Source: Aliivibrio fischeri ES114
Lineage (GTDB): Bacteria; Pseudomonadota; Gammaproteobacteria; Enterobacterales; Vibrionaceae
Length of the DNA stretch: 32,000 nucleotides
Reading direction: 5' to 3' (one strand)
Assembly (NCBI RefSeq): GCF_000011805.1
Contig: NC_006841.2
A model generated the notes under the pieces. The model made no database searches. It saw nothing but the letters and a program-made list of their open reading frames with translations, and was not told where the DNA came from. The position numbers were made by a program, and so were the translations under genes. Numbering within the stretch: position 1 is the first letter of the stretch; each line of letters opens with the position of its first letter. Below are positions 1 to 7,986 of this stretch, piece after piece.

Positions 1-508
1 AAAACCGCTGCTCAATAGTTGCTCCATGAACAACAAGAATATTGCTAGGTAAATTTGAAAAGAAACATTCCATTGCCTCTTCGAGTGAAATCCCCATTTT
101 TTGTTGCTCAGGTAAAATGTGATGCAATGAGCGTGCGATATGCTCTCTTTCTTCATGTCCATCCTCTGCACTTATTGAGGTTGGTTCATTGATGATATGG
201 TGCTGGGCACTGCTGAGTTTGATTACGCCATCAATAATGTGAACCCAACCAACGCTCACGATATGATCGGTTTTCGGATTTAACCCTGAGGTTTCAAAAT
301 CCACAACGGTGAACGCCATATCATTACTGTTTTCTTTCGGGCTTGGATAAGATGATTTAAGAAAACAGACTAAATAATCAGGTAGCGTTAAATTTTGTTC
401 AATTAATGCTTGTCTCTGCTCTTCTAAACGGTGCAATGGATGGCGATTAGAGAATAGATCCATCATATGAGTGATGATATTTTTGTTCTTTAATGATTTA
501 TCAGGCAT
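1..508 (-). CDS. DEDD-family 3'-5' exonuclease (DnaQ/epsilon-like), partial; C-terminus lies beyond the left edge
   Basis: Absent from the ORF track because it runs off the edge. My minus-strand translation from ATG 508..506 reads MPDKSLKNKNIITHMMDLFSNRHPLHRLEEQRQALIEQNLTLPDYLVCFLKSSYPSPKENSNDMAFTVVDFETSGLNPKTDHIVSVGWVHIIDGVIKLSSAQHHIINEPTSISAEDGHEEREHIARSLHHILPEQQKMGISLEEAMECFFSNLPSNILVVHGATIEQRF. 'VVDFETSGL' is the Exo I DxE motif. 'VHGATIEQRF' sits where Exo II (HNAxFDxxF) is expected. The start lies 3 nt after the stop (514..512) of the upstream gene. Confidence 0.8.
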   Translation of the reverse strand, partial: MPDKSLKNKNIITHMMDLFSNRHPLHRLEEQRQALIEQNLTLPDYLVCFLKSSYPSPKENSNDMAFTVVDFETSGLNPKTDHIVSVGWVHIIDGVIKLSSAQHHIINEPTSISAEDGHEEREHIARSLHHILPEQQKMGISLEEAMECFFSNLPSNILVVHGATIEQRF

Positions 509-511
509 GTA

Positions 512-2380
512 CTAGACACCAAATTTCATTTTCATTAATTCTTGAAAGTTTGAAACGATACGAAATGCATCTTTTAAATGCTGACGTTCAAAACTACCAA
601 ATAAATCAGGCTGTAGTTGACTATCAATGGGTGTGTCATTTTGAATCGCTTTTAATTGGTGTTGGAAACGCAAGCGATTTGCATAATGATAAGTTTCATT
701 GAGATCTTGATATGTTGAATCGTTAAGAACCCCGACTTGGTGTAAGAATTCCATGCGCTCTGTAGTATTTAATGCAGTACTTTCTTGTAGTAGTGAATAA
801 ATACGGATGAAATCAACCATACAAGAAATTGCGGCTTTTTTGATATTTAACACTTTATTATTGTTACCATCTTTTTCTAATACCAAATGCTTAAAGATGC
901 CTAGTGGGGGGCGAGTTCTTAATGCATTACGTACAAGAGCAACGGTTAACTGCATATTATTGCTTACCAATTCATGGCGGCAGGAATCAACAGAGTCAAA
1001 GAGTGCTTCATCCCCATAAATTGGACGAATTTCTAAAAATACATTCAGATTAAGCAATAACTCGTATTCAGGGTTATTACTCCATTTACGGTAATATTCT
1101 TGCCAAATCTCAGCTTTTTGGCACCATTTCGGTGTAGCTGCCATAAAGCGACCTTTACATAAGGTGTAATCTAATTCTGAGAGTGCTTTACATACGTACA
1201 TCGAGAAATGATTAAAATAGATTCTGTCTGATTCTGTCGCGTCGTCAGCAAGGATAATGGCATTATCTTGATCTGATGCTAAATGAACTTCATTTCGAGC
1301 ATGAGAGCCCGCGACTATCCATGTAAATTTACAAGGTGGCTGACCGAATTGTTCAATGGCAAGTTCGATTAACCGGTACGTAAATGCATCATAAATCATA
1401 CTCAGTACTTGCCCAATAATACTTGGCGATGAATTGCTTTCCATCATCCCCTGAAACACAGCACTTCGTTGTTTGGATAAATCAATTAACGTCGAGATGG
1501 AATCAGCGTGACGAATTTTATCTAGTAAGAAAATAGATTGAACACTGTCATTTTGAATTAAATGTTGTGGGGTGATAAAGCCTGTTACCTGTTTTTGATG
1601 ATTAAGCACCGGAATATTTTGAATATTATGCTTCATCATCAATTGAACAGCCGACATCACTAAATCATCTTCATACACGGTATGAATTTCTTGGGTCATG
1701 ATAGAAGAGATAGGGTCATGAACATTTTTTGCTTGAGCAACCACACGTTTCGTCATGTCCTTATCGGTGATCATTCCAATTAGATGTTTATTTTCATCAA
1801 CAATAAAAGCACATGAAACGCCAACCACATTGCGCATTTGATGAGCTACAGCTTGAATCGTATCGGTAGGGGAGGCAATCGCTATGGTTGAATCCGCAAT
1901 ATCACTGTTAGGACGAAGGTAGTTTTGATGCGCATGCTGTTGGTTGTCTTGTTTACTATCTTGCGCTCGCAAACGCGTTTTTAAACTTAAAGCAAGAGAT
2001 GAAGCGACTTGAGGATAAGCCTCCACTGACGCCATTAGTGATGTGTAGTCAAAGCGATATAGAAGCGTATTTTCTATGGCAAAAATGGAATAGCCAAATT
2101 CTGAGTCATTTTGCTGTAGGTTAAAGCCAAAGATATCTTCAGAGCCTAGTTTGGCACGCAATGTTCCATCAAGATTATTCTGTTGTACTACACCTGTACG
2201 AATAATATAGAGATGGGTAGCGTTATCTTCATGAGAAATGGTTTCTTCAGGGCCAAGCAATAAGATATCGACAGTTTGAGCAATATCATTGAGCGCTGTT
2301 TGTGGCAGTAAATCAAAAGGAGATATTGTTTGTAAGAAGGAAACAATATTCGGGAGGAGTTCATTATTCATATTGTTCAT
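512..2380 (-). CDS. Sensor nucleotidyltransferase: cNMP-binding domain + tandem CBS pair + DUF294 (Pol-beta/GlnD-like) NTase + DUF294_C substrate-binding domain
   Basis: 622-aa ORF. The N-terminus resembles a Crp-type cNMP-binding fold (..HLYIIRTGVVQQ..GSEDIFGF..). A CBS pair follows (..SCAFIVDENKHLIGMITDKDM.. / ..IQNIPVLNHQKQVTGFITPQHL..). The NTase signature is G-S-x10-D-x-D (WIVAGSHARNEVHLASDQDNAIIL). The domain order matches the COG2905-type family as I remember it. Confidence 0.85.
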   Translation of the reverse strand: MNNMNNELLPNIVSFLQTISPFDLLPQTALNDIAQTVDILLLGPEETISHEDNATHLYIIRTGVVQQNNLDGTLRAKLGSEDIFGFNLQQNDSEFGYSIFAIENTLLYRFDYTSLMASVEAYPQVASSLALSLKTRLRAQDSKQDNQQHAHQNYLRPNSDIADSTIAIASPTDTIQAVAHQMRNVVGVSCAFIVDENKHLIGMITDKDMTKRVVAQAKNVHDPISSIMTQEIHTVYEDDLVMSAVQLMMKHNIQNIPVLNHQKQVTGFITPQHLIQNDSVQSIFLLDKIRHADSISTLIDLSKQRSAVFQGMMESNSSPSIIGQVLSMIYDAFTYRLIELAIEQFGQPPCKFTWIVAGSHARNEVHLASDQDNAIILADDATESDRIYFNHFSMYVCKALSELDYTLCKGRFMAATPKWCQKAEIWQEYYRKWSNNPEYELLLNLNVFLEIRPIYGDEALFDSVDSCRHELVSNNMQLTVALVRNALRTRPPLGIFKHLVLEKDGNNNKVLNIKKAAISCMVDFIRIYSLLQESTALNTTERMEFLHQVGVLNDSTYQDLNETYHYANRLRFQHQLKAIQNDTPIDSQLQPDLFGSFERQHLKDAFRIVSNFQELMKMKFGV

Positions 2381-2438
2381 ACCTTCTTATCATGGGCTAT
2401 TTTGATTGATAATAACGTTACGCTCTACAAACATTGCA

Positions 2439-2485
2439 GGCTATTCATATTAATTGCAACCAATTGATAATTAATATGAATAGCC
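2439..2485. repeat. Perfect 17-bp inverted repeat (GGCTATTCATATTAATT / AATTAATATGAATAGCC) with a 13-nt loop, in the sglT to NTase-gene spacer
   Basis: Read directly: arms at 2439..2455 and 2469..2485 are exact reverse complements. The loop GCAACCAATTGAT contains CAATTG. No U/T tract follows on either strand, so this is not a canonical intrinsic terminator. Confidence 0.9.
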
Positions 2486-2511
2486 CCATCATTGGATGAG
2501 GCTAGAGAAGA

Positions 2512-4143
2512 TTACCAGAATACTGAGTACAGCACTGCAAGAATAATCACAACAACGTAAGCGGCAATATTAAAATTACGTTCTGTCGCAAACATGGAAG
2601 AGTCTAATGCGATAGCTTTAGGATCATCATCATGATCTGAGTAACTTAGACTCGTGAATGCAATCACTGCCATAGTAAACAGAAGTGTGTATAGCATTTG
2701 ATCCATAAACGGCATGTTTAATGGCATAAATTTTAAGAACAGTGCAAATGGGATTGATACTATTACACCAATAACTGCACCTTTACTGTTGGTTTTCTTC
2801 CAAAATAGACCTAGTAAGAAGACCGCCAAGATACCTGGGCTTACTAAACCTGTGTATTCTTGAATATATTGGAATGCTTGACCAAGGTTACTTAGCATTG
2901 GAGCGATTAAACAAGCGACAACTAAAGCCACGATAGCTGAAATACGACCTACATTTACAAGCTTGTGGTCGCCTGCTTTTTTACCAACAAATTCTTTGTA
3001 GATATCCATTGTGAATATGGTAGCCGTTGAGTTCAGCATTGAAGCTAATGACGACACAATTGCTGCGGCTAATGCGGCAAATACAATACCTTTAAATCCA
3101 ACTGGTAAGAATTGTGTTAGCCATGGATAAGCTTTATCTGCATGAGCAAGCGTAGGAACGTTGGACGTTGCAATACTTCCAAGTTGTGACATCAGCTCTG
3201 GAGAAGTGGTAATTACGTAAGCGGCGATCCCTGGAACGACAACTAGGAATGGCACGAGTAATTTTAAGAAAGCAGCGAAAATAATCCCTTTTTGAGCTTC
3301 AGCAATAGATTTAGCCGCTAATGTTCTTTGAATGATGTATTGGTTAAAGCCCCAGTAATATAGGTTTGCAACCCATAGACCACCAATAAGAACTGCGATA
3401 CCTGGTAAGTTCATATATTGAGGATTACTTTGATCTAAAATCATTTCAAAGTGGCCTGGTGCAGCTGTCGCCATTTTTGATAAACCACTAAACCAACCGT
3501 CAGTACCGCCGATGAAATCAACAGCCATGTAAGTGGTTAATAGGCCACCAAGGATCAAGAAGAATACTTGAATCACGTCAGTCCAAACAACCGCTGATAA
3601 CCCACCGTAAATAGAGTAGGCCAATGCAAATAATGCTAAGCCAATAATTGAGTACATGAGTGGAATACCAAGAATCGTTTGCAGTGCAAGGCCGCCTAAG
3701 TATAGAACTGAGGTTAGGTTTACAAAGACATACAAGCAAATCCAAAATACCGCCAAAATGGTTTTTAAGTTTTTGTTAAAGCGTTTTTCTACAAATTCTG
3801 GAATCGTGTAGATGCCTTTATCGATAAAAATAGGCAAGAAATACTTACCAACAATGATTAAGGTTAGTGCTGCCATCCATTCATAGGAAGCAATCGCTAA
3901 ACCGATAGAAAAGCCAGATCCTGACATTCCAATAAATTGTTCCGCTGAAATATTAGCGGCGATTAAGGATGAACCAACCGCCCACCAAGGTAGCGATTTC
4001 CCTGCGAGGAAATAATCCTCTGTACTTTTTTGAGAGCCTTTTTTATCTCTGGATACCCAGAGGCCAACGCCGATAATGATTGCTACATAGAGAGCAAAAA
4101 CGATGATATCGACAATACCTAATCCATTTTCTACATGAGACAT
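2512..4143 (-). CDS. sglT: Na+/galactose (glucose) cotransporter, solute:sodium symporter family (vSGLT orthologue)
   Basis: 543 aa, the same length as V. parahaemolyticus vSGLT. It agrees with my memory of that protein over long runs (e.g. STEDYFLAGKSLPWWAVG, SLIAANISAEQFIGMSGSG, GIYTIPEFVEKRFNK, QYIQEYTGLVSPGILAVFLLGLFWKKT). It is divergent from galE and shares GalR-type operators with it. Confidence 0.95.
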   Translation of the reverse strand: MSHVENGLGIVDIIVFALYVAIIIGVGLWVSRDKKGSQKSTEDYFLAGKSLPWWAVGSSLIAANISAEQFIGMSGSGFSIGLAIASYEWMAALTLIIVGKYFLPIFIDKGIYTIPEFVEKRFNKNLKTILAVFWICLYVFVNLTSVLYLGGLALQTILGIPLMYSIIGLALFALAYSIYGGLSAVVWTDVIQVFFLILGGLLTTYMAVDFIGGTDGWFSGLSKMATAAPGHFEMILDQSNPQYMNLPGIAVLIGGLWVANLYYWGFNQYIIQRTLAAKSIAEAQKGIIFAAFLKLLVPFLVVVPGIAAYVITTSPELMSQLGSIATSNVPTLAHADKAYPWLTQFLPVGFKGIVFAALAAAIVSSLASMLNSTATIFTMDIYKEFVGKKAGDHKLVNVGRISAIVALVVACLIAPMLSNLGQAFQYIQEYTGLVSPGILAVFLLGLFWKKTNSKGAVIGVIVSIPFALFLKFMPLNMPFMDQMLYTLLFTMAVIAFTSLSYSDHDDDPKAIALDSSMFATERNFNIAAYVVVIILAVLYSVFW

Positions 4144-4175
4144 TGTATTAACCTACCACTTATTGTTTTGATTTG

Positions 4176-4188
4176 AGGTTGGATTGTA
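4176..4188 (-). promoter_or_regulatory. Putative sglT promoter: -10 TACAAT (minus strand, 4188..4183), predicted TSS near 4176
   Basis: The minus strand reads ..TGTGAcagctaTCACC-21 nt-TACAAT.. With a TSS 7 nt after the hexamer, the CRP-site centre (4217.5) falls at -41.5, which is class II geometry. The -35 region is poor, as expected for a class II promoter. The -10 lies inside operator O1. Confidence 0.45.
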
Positions 4189-4200
4189 AACGTTTACAAT
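4183..4200. promoter_or_regulatory. GalR/LacI-family operator O1: perfect 18-bp palindrome ATTGTAAACGTTTACAAT
   Basis: An exact palindrome with the central CG typical of LacI/GalR operators (TGTAAACGTTTACA core, 4185..4198). It lies 42 bp upstream of the sglT ATG. A GalR orthologue is encoded at 16842..17840. Confidence 0.8.
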
Positions 4201-4209
4201 TGTCGTGGT

Positions 4210-4225
4210 GGTGATAGCTGTCACA
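4210..4225. promoter_or_regulatory. CRP-binding site candidate (GGTGA-tagctg-TCACA)
   Basis: 9/10 match to the TGTGA-N6-TCACA core. It sits in the divergent sglT/galE control region, between the two GalR operators. Confidence 0.6.
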
Positions 4226-4339
4226 AAATGTTACAAATGGTATTGTTTTCTTTGTGATTTTTTAAGTTGCTGTTTTTATTGGTTTATATTGTAGTTTTCT
4301 GGTTTCGTTAGTTGTATTTATGTGCTTTTTTTGCTTTAG

Positions 4340-4353
4340 TGTAAACGTTTACA
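4340..4353. promoter_or_regulatory. GalR/LacI-family operator O2 (TGTAAACGTTTACA), overlapping a candidate galE -35
   Basis: The 14-bp core is identical to O1, and the two centres are 155 bp apart (4191.5 vs 4346.5). TTTACA (4348..4353), an 18-bp spacer and GATATT (4372..4377) form a plausible galE promoter. Confidence 0.8.
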
Positions 4354-4428
4354 TTTTTTGAAACTGATCACGATATTATTTTAAATTCGCTGATAAACTT
4401 TACTAAAATTTAGCAGGAAGGTTTAACC

Positions 4429-5439
4429 ATGAAAGTATTAGTAACTGGTGGAATGGGTTATATCGGTAGCCATACGTGTATTCAAATGATTGAAGCAGGT
4501 ATTGAACCAATCATTTTGGATAATTTAGGGAACAGTAAAGTTGCAGTGCTTGATTGCATTGAAGCGTTAACTCACGTTCGTCCTGTCTTTTATCAGGGAG
4601 ACATTCGTGATGAAGCCTTTCTAGATAGTATTTTTGCAGAGCATTCTATTTCATCGGTTATTCACTTCGCAGGATTAAAAGCAGTCGGTGAATCGGTAGC
4701 AAAACCATTGGAGTATTACGATAACAATGTAAATGGCTCATTGGTATTAGCTCGTTCAATGCGAAAAGCGAACGTAAAAAGTATCGTATTTAGCTCATCT
4801 GCAACCGTCTATGGTGATCCTGCCATTGTTCCTATTACTGAAAGTTCACCAACAGGTGCAACAACCAACCCATATGGCCGCAGTAAATACATGGTTGAAG
4901 AGTGTTTCTCTGATTTGTTTGATGCTGAGAACGATTGGAGCATCACCTTACTTCGCTATTTCAACCCAGTAGGTGCACACCCATCAGGCACTATGGGTGA
5001 AGATCCTCAAGGTATTCCAAATAATCTAATGCCATTTATTGCTCAAGTTGCTGTAGGTCGTCGTGAATCATTGTCTGTATTTGGTAATGATTATCCGACA
5101 CCAGATGGAACAGGGGTTCGTGATTACATTCATGTAATGGATTTAGCCGATGGGCACATCGCCGCATTAAAAGCGGTGGGTGAAAAATCAGGCCTGCATA
5201 TTTACAACTTAGGCACCGGTAAAGGCTCAAGTGTATTAGAAATGGTTGAGGCATTTTCTCAAGCATCAGGTAAGTCGGTTCCTTATACGTTATGCCCTCG
5301 ACGTGCAGGTGATATTGCTGAATGTTGGGCAAGTACAGAAAAAGCAGAAAAAGAATTGGGATGGAAAGCGACTCGCAATGTAATGGAAATGAGCGCAGAC
5401 ACATGGCGTTGGCAGTCGAATAATCCTGAAGGTTATTAA
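4429..5439 (+). CDS. galE: UDP-glucose 4-epimerase
   Basis: 336 aa with the Rossmann motif VTGGMGYIGSH and the YGRSK catalytic motif. It is colinear with E. coli GalE and is the first gene of a galETKM cluster. RBS AGGAAGG lies upstream. Confidence 0.97.
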   Translation: MKVLVTGGMGYIGSHTCIQMIEAGIEPIILDNLGNSKVAVLDCIEALTHVRPVFYQGDIRDEAFLDSIFAEHSISSVIHFAGLKAVGESVAKPLEYYDNNVNGSLVLARSMRKANVKSIVFSSSATVYGDPAIVPITESSPTGATTNPYGRSKYMVEECFSDLFDAENDWSITLLRYFNPVGAHPSGTMGEDPQGIPNNLMPFIAQVAVGRRESLSVFGNDYPTPDGTGVRDYIHVMDLADGHIAALKAVGEKSGLHIYNLGTGKGSSVLEMVEAFSQASGKSVPYTLCPRRAGDIAECWASTEKAEKELGWKATRNVMEMSADTWRWQSNNPEGY

Positions 5440-5460
5440 GATCTAAAGAGTAGAGTTCAA

Positions 5461-5500
5461 AATTCAGATCAGTCGCAAGCTCCTTGAAAGAATTCAGAGA
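5461..5500. repeat. Copy A of a ~40-nt repeat in the galE-galT spacer (inverted relative to copy B)
   Basis: aattcagatcAgtcgcaagctcc-ttg (5461..5486) matches the reverse complement of 6726..6752 (aattcagatcGgtcgcaagctcccttg) with 1 substitution and 1 indel. Similarity continues through agaattcagag versus agagttcagag. Confidence 0.85.
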
Positions 5501-5576
5501 AGAGCATGATTAGAGCGACAAATATGAAGATTTGGGTTCATGTATATTTTATTGGGAAGAATTGAGTATAAAAATT

Positions 5577-6629
5577 ATGTCAAATGTTGAGTTTAATCCT
5601 GTCGATCATCCGCATCGTCGTTATAACCCATTAACGGGTCAATGGATTTTAGTATCACCACATCGTGCGAAACGCCCATGGAGTGGTCAAGATGAAAAGC
5701 CATCGACAGAGCAACTACCACAATACGACAAAGGCTGTTTCTTATGCCCAACCAATGCTCGTATCTCTGGTGACACCAACCCAGATTATAAAGGCACTTA
5801 CGTATTCAGTAATGATTTTGCTGCACTGATGACAGATTCACCAGAAGCGCCGCAATCATCTAATCCACTATTTAAAACACAAGGGGTTCGTGGATTAAGT
5901 CGAGTGATTTGTTTCTCGTCAGATCACAGTAAAACCTTGCCTGAATTACCTGTAGGTCAAATTCGTAATGTGATTGATACATGGAATGATCAAATTGAAG
6001 AGTTAGGAAAAGAATACCTTTGGGTTCAAGCATTTGAGAACAAAGGCGAGACAATGGGCTGCTCTCAACCGCATCCTCACGGTCAAATCTGGGCAAACAG
6101 CTTCTTACCTAATGAGATTGAACGTAAAGAAAAACACCTTAAAGAGTATTACCAAGAACACGGTTCAAACTTGTTAGTTGATTATGTTGAATCAGAACTA
6201 AAAGATGGCGAGCGCACAGTCGTAGAAACGGAACATTGGATTGCAGTTGTTCCTTATTGGGCTGCATGGCCATTTGAAACCATGTTATTACCAAAAACAC
6301 ACATTCGTCGTATGAGTGAACTGACAGACGAACAACGTGATGATTTGGCGTTAGCCATTAAAAAACTAACCAGCCGTTACGACAACTTATTCCAGTGTTC
6401 ATTCCCATATTCAATGGGTTGGCATTATGCGCCTTTCTTTGAAGAGGGCACTGACATTGAGCATTGGCAATTACATGCATTGTTTTATCCGCCACTGCTT
6501 CGTTCTGCATCGGTTCGTAAATTCATGGTGGGCTACGAAATGTTAGCCGAAAGCCAACGAGATTTAACTGCAGAGCAAGCCGCGCAAAAACTGCGTGATG
6601 TGAGTGATGTGCATTATAAAGATCTTTAA
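5577..6629 (+). CDS. galT: Galactose-1-phosphate uridylyltransferase
   Basis: From ATG 5577 the protein starts [35 protein letters not shown], colinear with the E. coli GalT N-terminus. The HPHGQ active-site motif is present. The track's TTG 5532 extension adds 15 unmatched residues and is probably not used. Confidence 0.95.
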   Translation: MSNVEFNPVDHPHRRYNPLTGQWILVSPHRAKRPWSGQDEKPSTEQLPQYDKGCFLCPTNARISGDTNPDYKGTYVFSNDFAALMTDSPEAPQSSNPLFKTQGVRGLSRVICFSSDHSKTLPELPVGQIRNVIDTWNDQIEELGKEYLWVQAFENKGETMGCSQPHPHGQIWANSFLPNEIERKEKHLKEYYQEHGSNLLVDYVESELKDGERTVVETEHWIAVVPYWAAWPFETMLLPKTHIRRMSELTDEQRDDLALAIKKLTSRYDNLFQCSFPYSMGWHYAPFFEEGTDIEHWQLHALFYPPLLRSASVRKFMVGYEMLAESQRDLTAEQAAQKLRDVSDVHYKDL

Positions 6630-6635
6630 AAGAAC

Positions 6636-6667
6636 AGATCGCTCCGCTTGAAGATCGCTTCGCTTAA
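6636..6667. repeat. 16-bp tandem direct repeat x2 (AGATCGCTCCGCTTGA / AGATCGCTTCGCTTAA) just after the galT stop
   Basis: Read directly: 6636..6651 and 6652..6667 differ at 2 of 16 positions. Each unit carries a GATC. Confidence 0.85.
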
Positions 6668-6724
6668 AGAGTTCAGAGGTGTTTGTGTTGAAGATAGTAC
6701 TCGCAAAAAGTGACTCTGAACTCT
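6668..6724. repeat. Perfect 11-bp inverted repeat AGAGTTCAGAG / CTCTGAACTCT (35-nt loop) in the galT-galK spacer
   Basis: 6668..6678 and 6714..6724 are exact reverse complements. Related motifs occur in the galE-galT spacer at 5452 (agagttcaa) and 5489..5499 (agaattcagag). Confidence 0.85.
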
Positions 6725-6752
6725 GCAAGGGAGCTTGCGACCGATCTGAATT
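6713..6752. repeat. Copy B of the ~40-nt repeat, in the galT-galK spacer (inverted relative to copy A)
   Basis: See copy A. The reverse complement of 6711..6752 is aattcagatcggtcgcaagctcccttgcagagttcagagtca. Confidence 0.85.
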
Positions 6753-6822
6753 CTAATTAATAAAAATATTGAAGACATCTTTGAAATAACAAAGATAACA
6801 ACTCTAAAATTTGGAAATAGCC

Positions 6823-7977
6823 ATGACAAACCTAATTAAAAACGTAAAAGACGCATTCAACTCAGTACTTTCTTACGCACCAACGCACATTGTCCAAGCT
6901 CCGGGTCGTGTAAATTTAATTGGTGAACACACCGATTATAATGACGGTTTCGTATTACCTTGTGCGATTAATTACCAAACGGTAGTGGCAGCGGCAAAGC
7001 GTGATGACAACATCGTTCGCGTGGTGTCGGTTGATTATGGTAATGAAACGGATGAGTTTGATATCACCCAAGAGATCACTTTCCAAGAAAACAAAATGTG
7101 GTCAAATTACATTCGTGGCGTAGTGAAATGTTTAATTGATCGTGGTTATGAGTTTAAAGGTGCGGATATTTCGGTATCGGGTAACGTACCTCAAGGTGCA
7201 GGTCTTAGTTCATCAGCCGCATTAGAAGTCGTTATTGGTCAGACGTTTAAAGAACTGTATAACCTAAACATTAGCCAAGCAGAAATTGCACTGAATGGTC
7301 AGCAAGCTGAGAACGAATTTGTTGGTTGTAACTGCGGCATTATGGATCAAATGATCTCAGCAGAAGGCAACGAAAACCACGCGATGTTATTGGATTGTCG
7401 TTCATTAGAAACTACTGCGGTATCCATGCCAGAAGACATGTCAGTGGTTATTATTAACTCAAATAAAAAACGTGGATTAGTGGATTCGGAATACAACACT
7501 CGTCGCGAGCAATGTGAAGAAGCGGCTCGTATCTTTGGTGTGAAAGCACTGCGTGATGTGACTATCGAAGAATTTAACGCAAAAGCACATGAATTGGATG
7601 AAATGGTCGCAAAACGTGCGCGCCACGTGATTACAGAAAATGATCGTACCGAAGAAGCGGCAAAAGTGTTAGCGTCAGGGGACATGAAACGCATGGCGGT
7701 TTTAATGGCTGAATCTCATGCCTCAATGCGTGATGATTTTGAAATCACGGTTAGTGAAGTGGACACCTTGGTTGATATCGTTAAAAACGTGATTGGCGCA
7801 GAAGGTGGTGTACGCATGACAGGTGGTGGTTTTGGTGGTTGTATTGTTGCCTTAGTTCCACCTATGTTAGTGGATGAAGTGAAAGCGGCCGTTGAAGAAT
7901 TATATGAAGCGAAAACAGGCTTAAAAGAATCCATTTATGTTTGCCAAGCAACCAATGGTGCCGGTCTGGTTTTATAA
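6823..7977 (+). CDS. galK: Galactokinase
   Basis: From ATG 6823 ([12 protein letters not shown]..). Contains [24 protein letters not shown] and the GHMP kinase motif [16 protein letters not shown], and is colinear with E. coli GalK. The track's TTG 6811 start adds 4 residues and is unlikely. Confidence 0.96.
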   Translation: MTNLIKNVKDAFNSVLSYAPTHIVQAPGRVNLIGEHTDYNDGFVLPCAINYQTVVAAAKRDDNIVRVVSVDYGNETDEFDITQEITFQENKMWSNYIRGVVKCLIDRGYEFKGADISVSGNVPQGAGLSSSAALEVVIGQTFKELYNLNISQAEIALNGQQAENEFVGCNCGIMDQMISAEGNENHAMLLDCRSLETTAVSMPEDMSVVIINSNKKRGLVDSEYNTRREQCEEAARIFGVKALRDVTIEEFNAKAHELDEMVAKRARHVITENDRTEEAAKVLASGDMKRMAVLMAESHASMRDDFEITVSEVDTLVDIVKNVIGAEGGVRMTGGGFGGCIVALVPPMLVDEVKAAVEELYEAKTGLKESIYVCQATNGAGLVL

Positions 7978-7986
7978 GGAATAAAG

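Noticed and set aside
493-1019. + strand ORFs 493..702 and 807..1019 from the track.
   Set aside because: Both lie antisense to the well-supported 622-aa NTase gene. They have no RBS and low-complexity, Cys/Trp-rich products typical of shadow ORFs.
2411-2426. LacI-type operator-like sequence AATAACGTTACG upstream of the NTase gene.
   Set aside because: Apart from the central CG, only about half the positions match the TGTAAACGTTTACA operator seen elsewhere in the window.
4253-4268. Second CRP site (TGTGAttttttAAGTT) that could serve galE.
   Set aside because: Only the left half matches. The right half has at most 1/5 identity to TCACA.
5532-5576. Upstream alternative starts proposed by the ORF track for galT (TTG 5532), galK (TTG 6811), the AGCS gene (18512) and the ACT gene (20139).
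   Set aside because: Alignment from memory to the E. coli orthologues, together with the positions of SD-like sequences, favours the internal ATGs (5577, 6823, 18563, 20151).
6753-6822. Spot 42 (spf) sRNA pairing site in the galK leader, as in E. coli. Short matches (ACATCTT, AAAGATA) to the reverse complement of my remembered Spot 42 5' region are present.
   Set aside because: The matches are only 7 nt long, they are not colinear with the sRNA, and they occur in AT-rich sequence where they are expected by chance. My recollection of the sRNA sequence is also not reliable enough. This is left as a check under the gal-spacer finding.
5036-7934. Minus-strand ORFs inside the gal genes (5036..5404, 5872..6096, 6626..6829, 7347..7694, 7716..7934).
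   Set aside because: All are antisense shadows of galE, galT and galK, or span the repeat-rich spacer. None has start-site signals or recognisable motifs.
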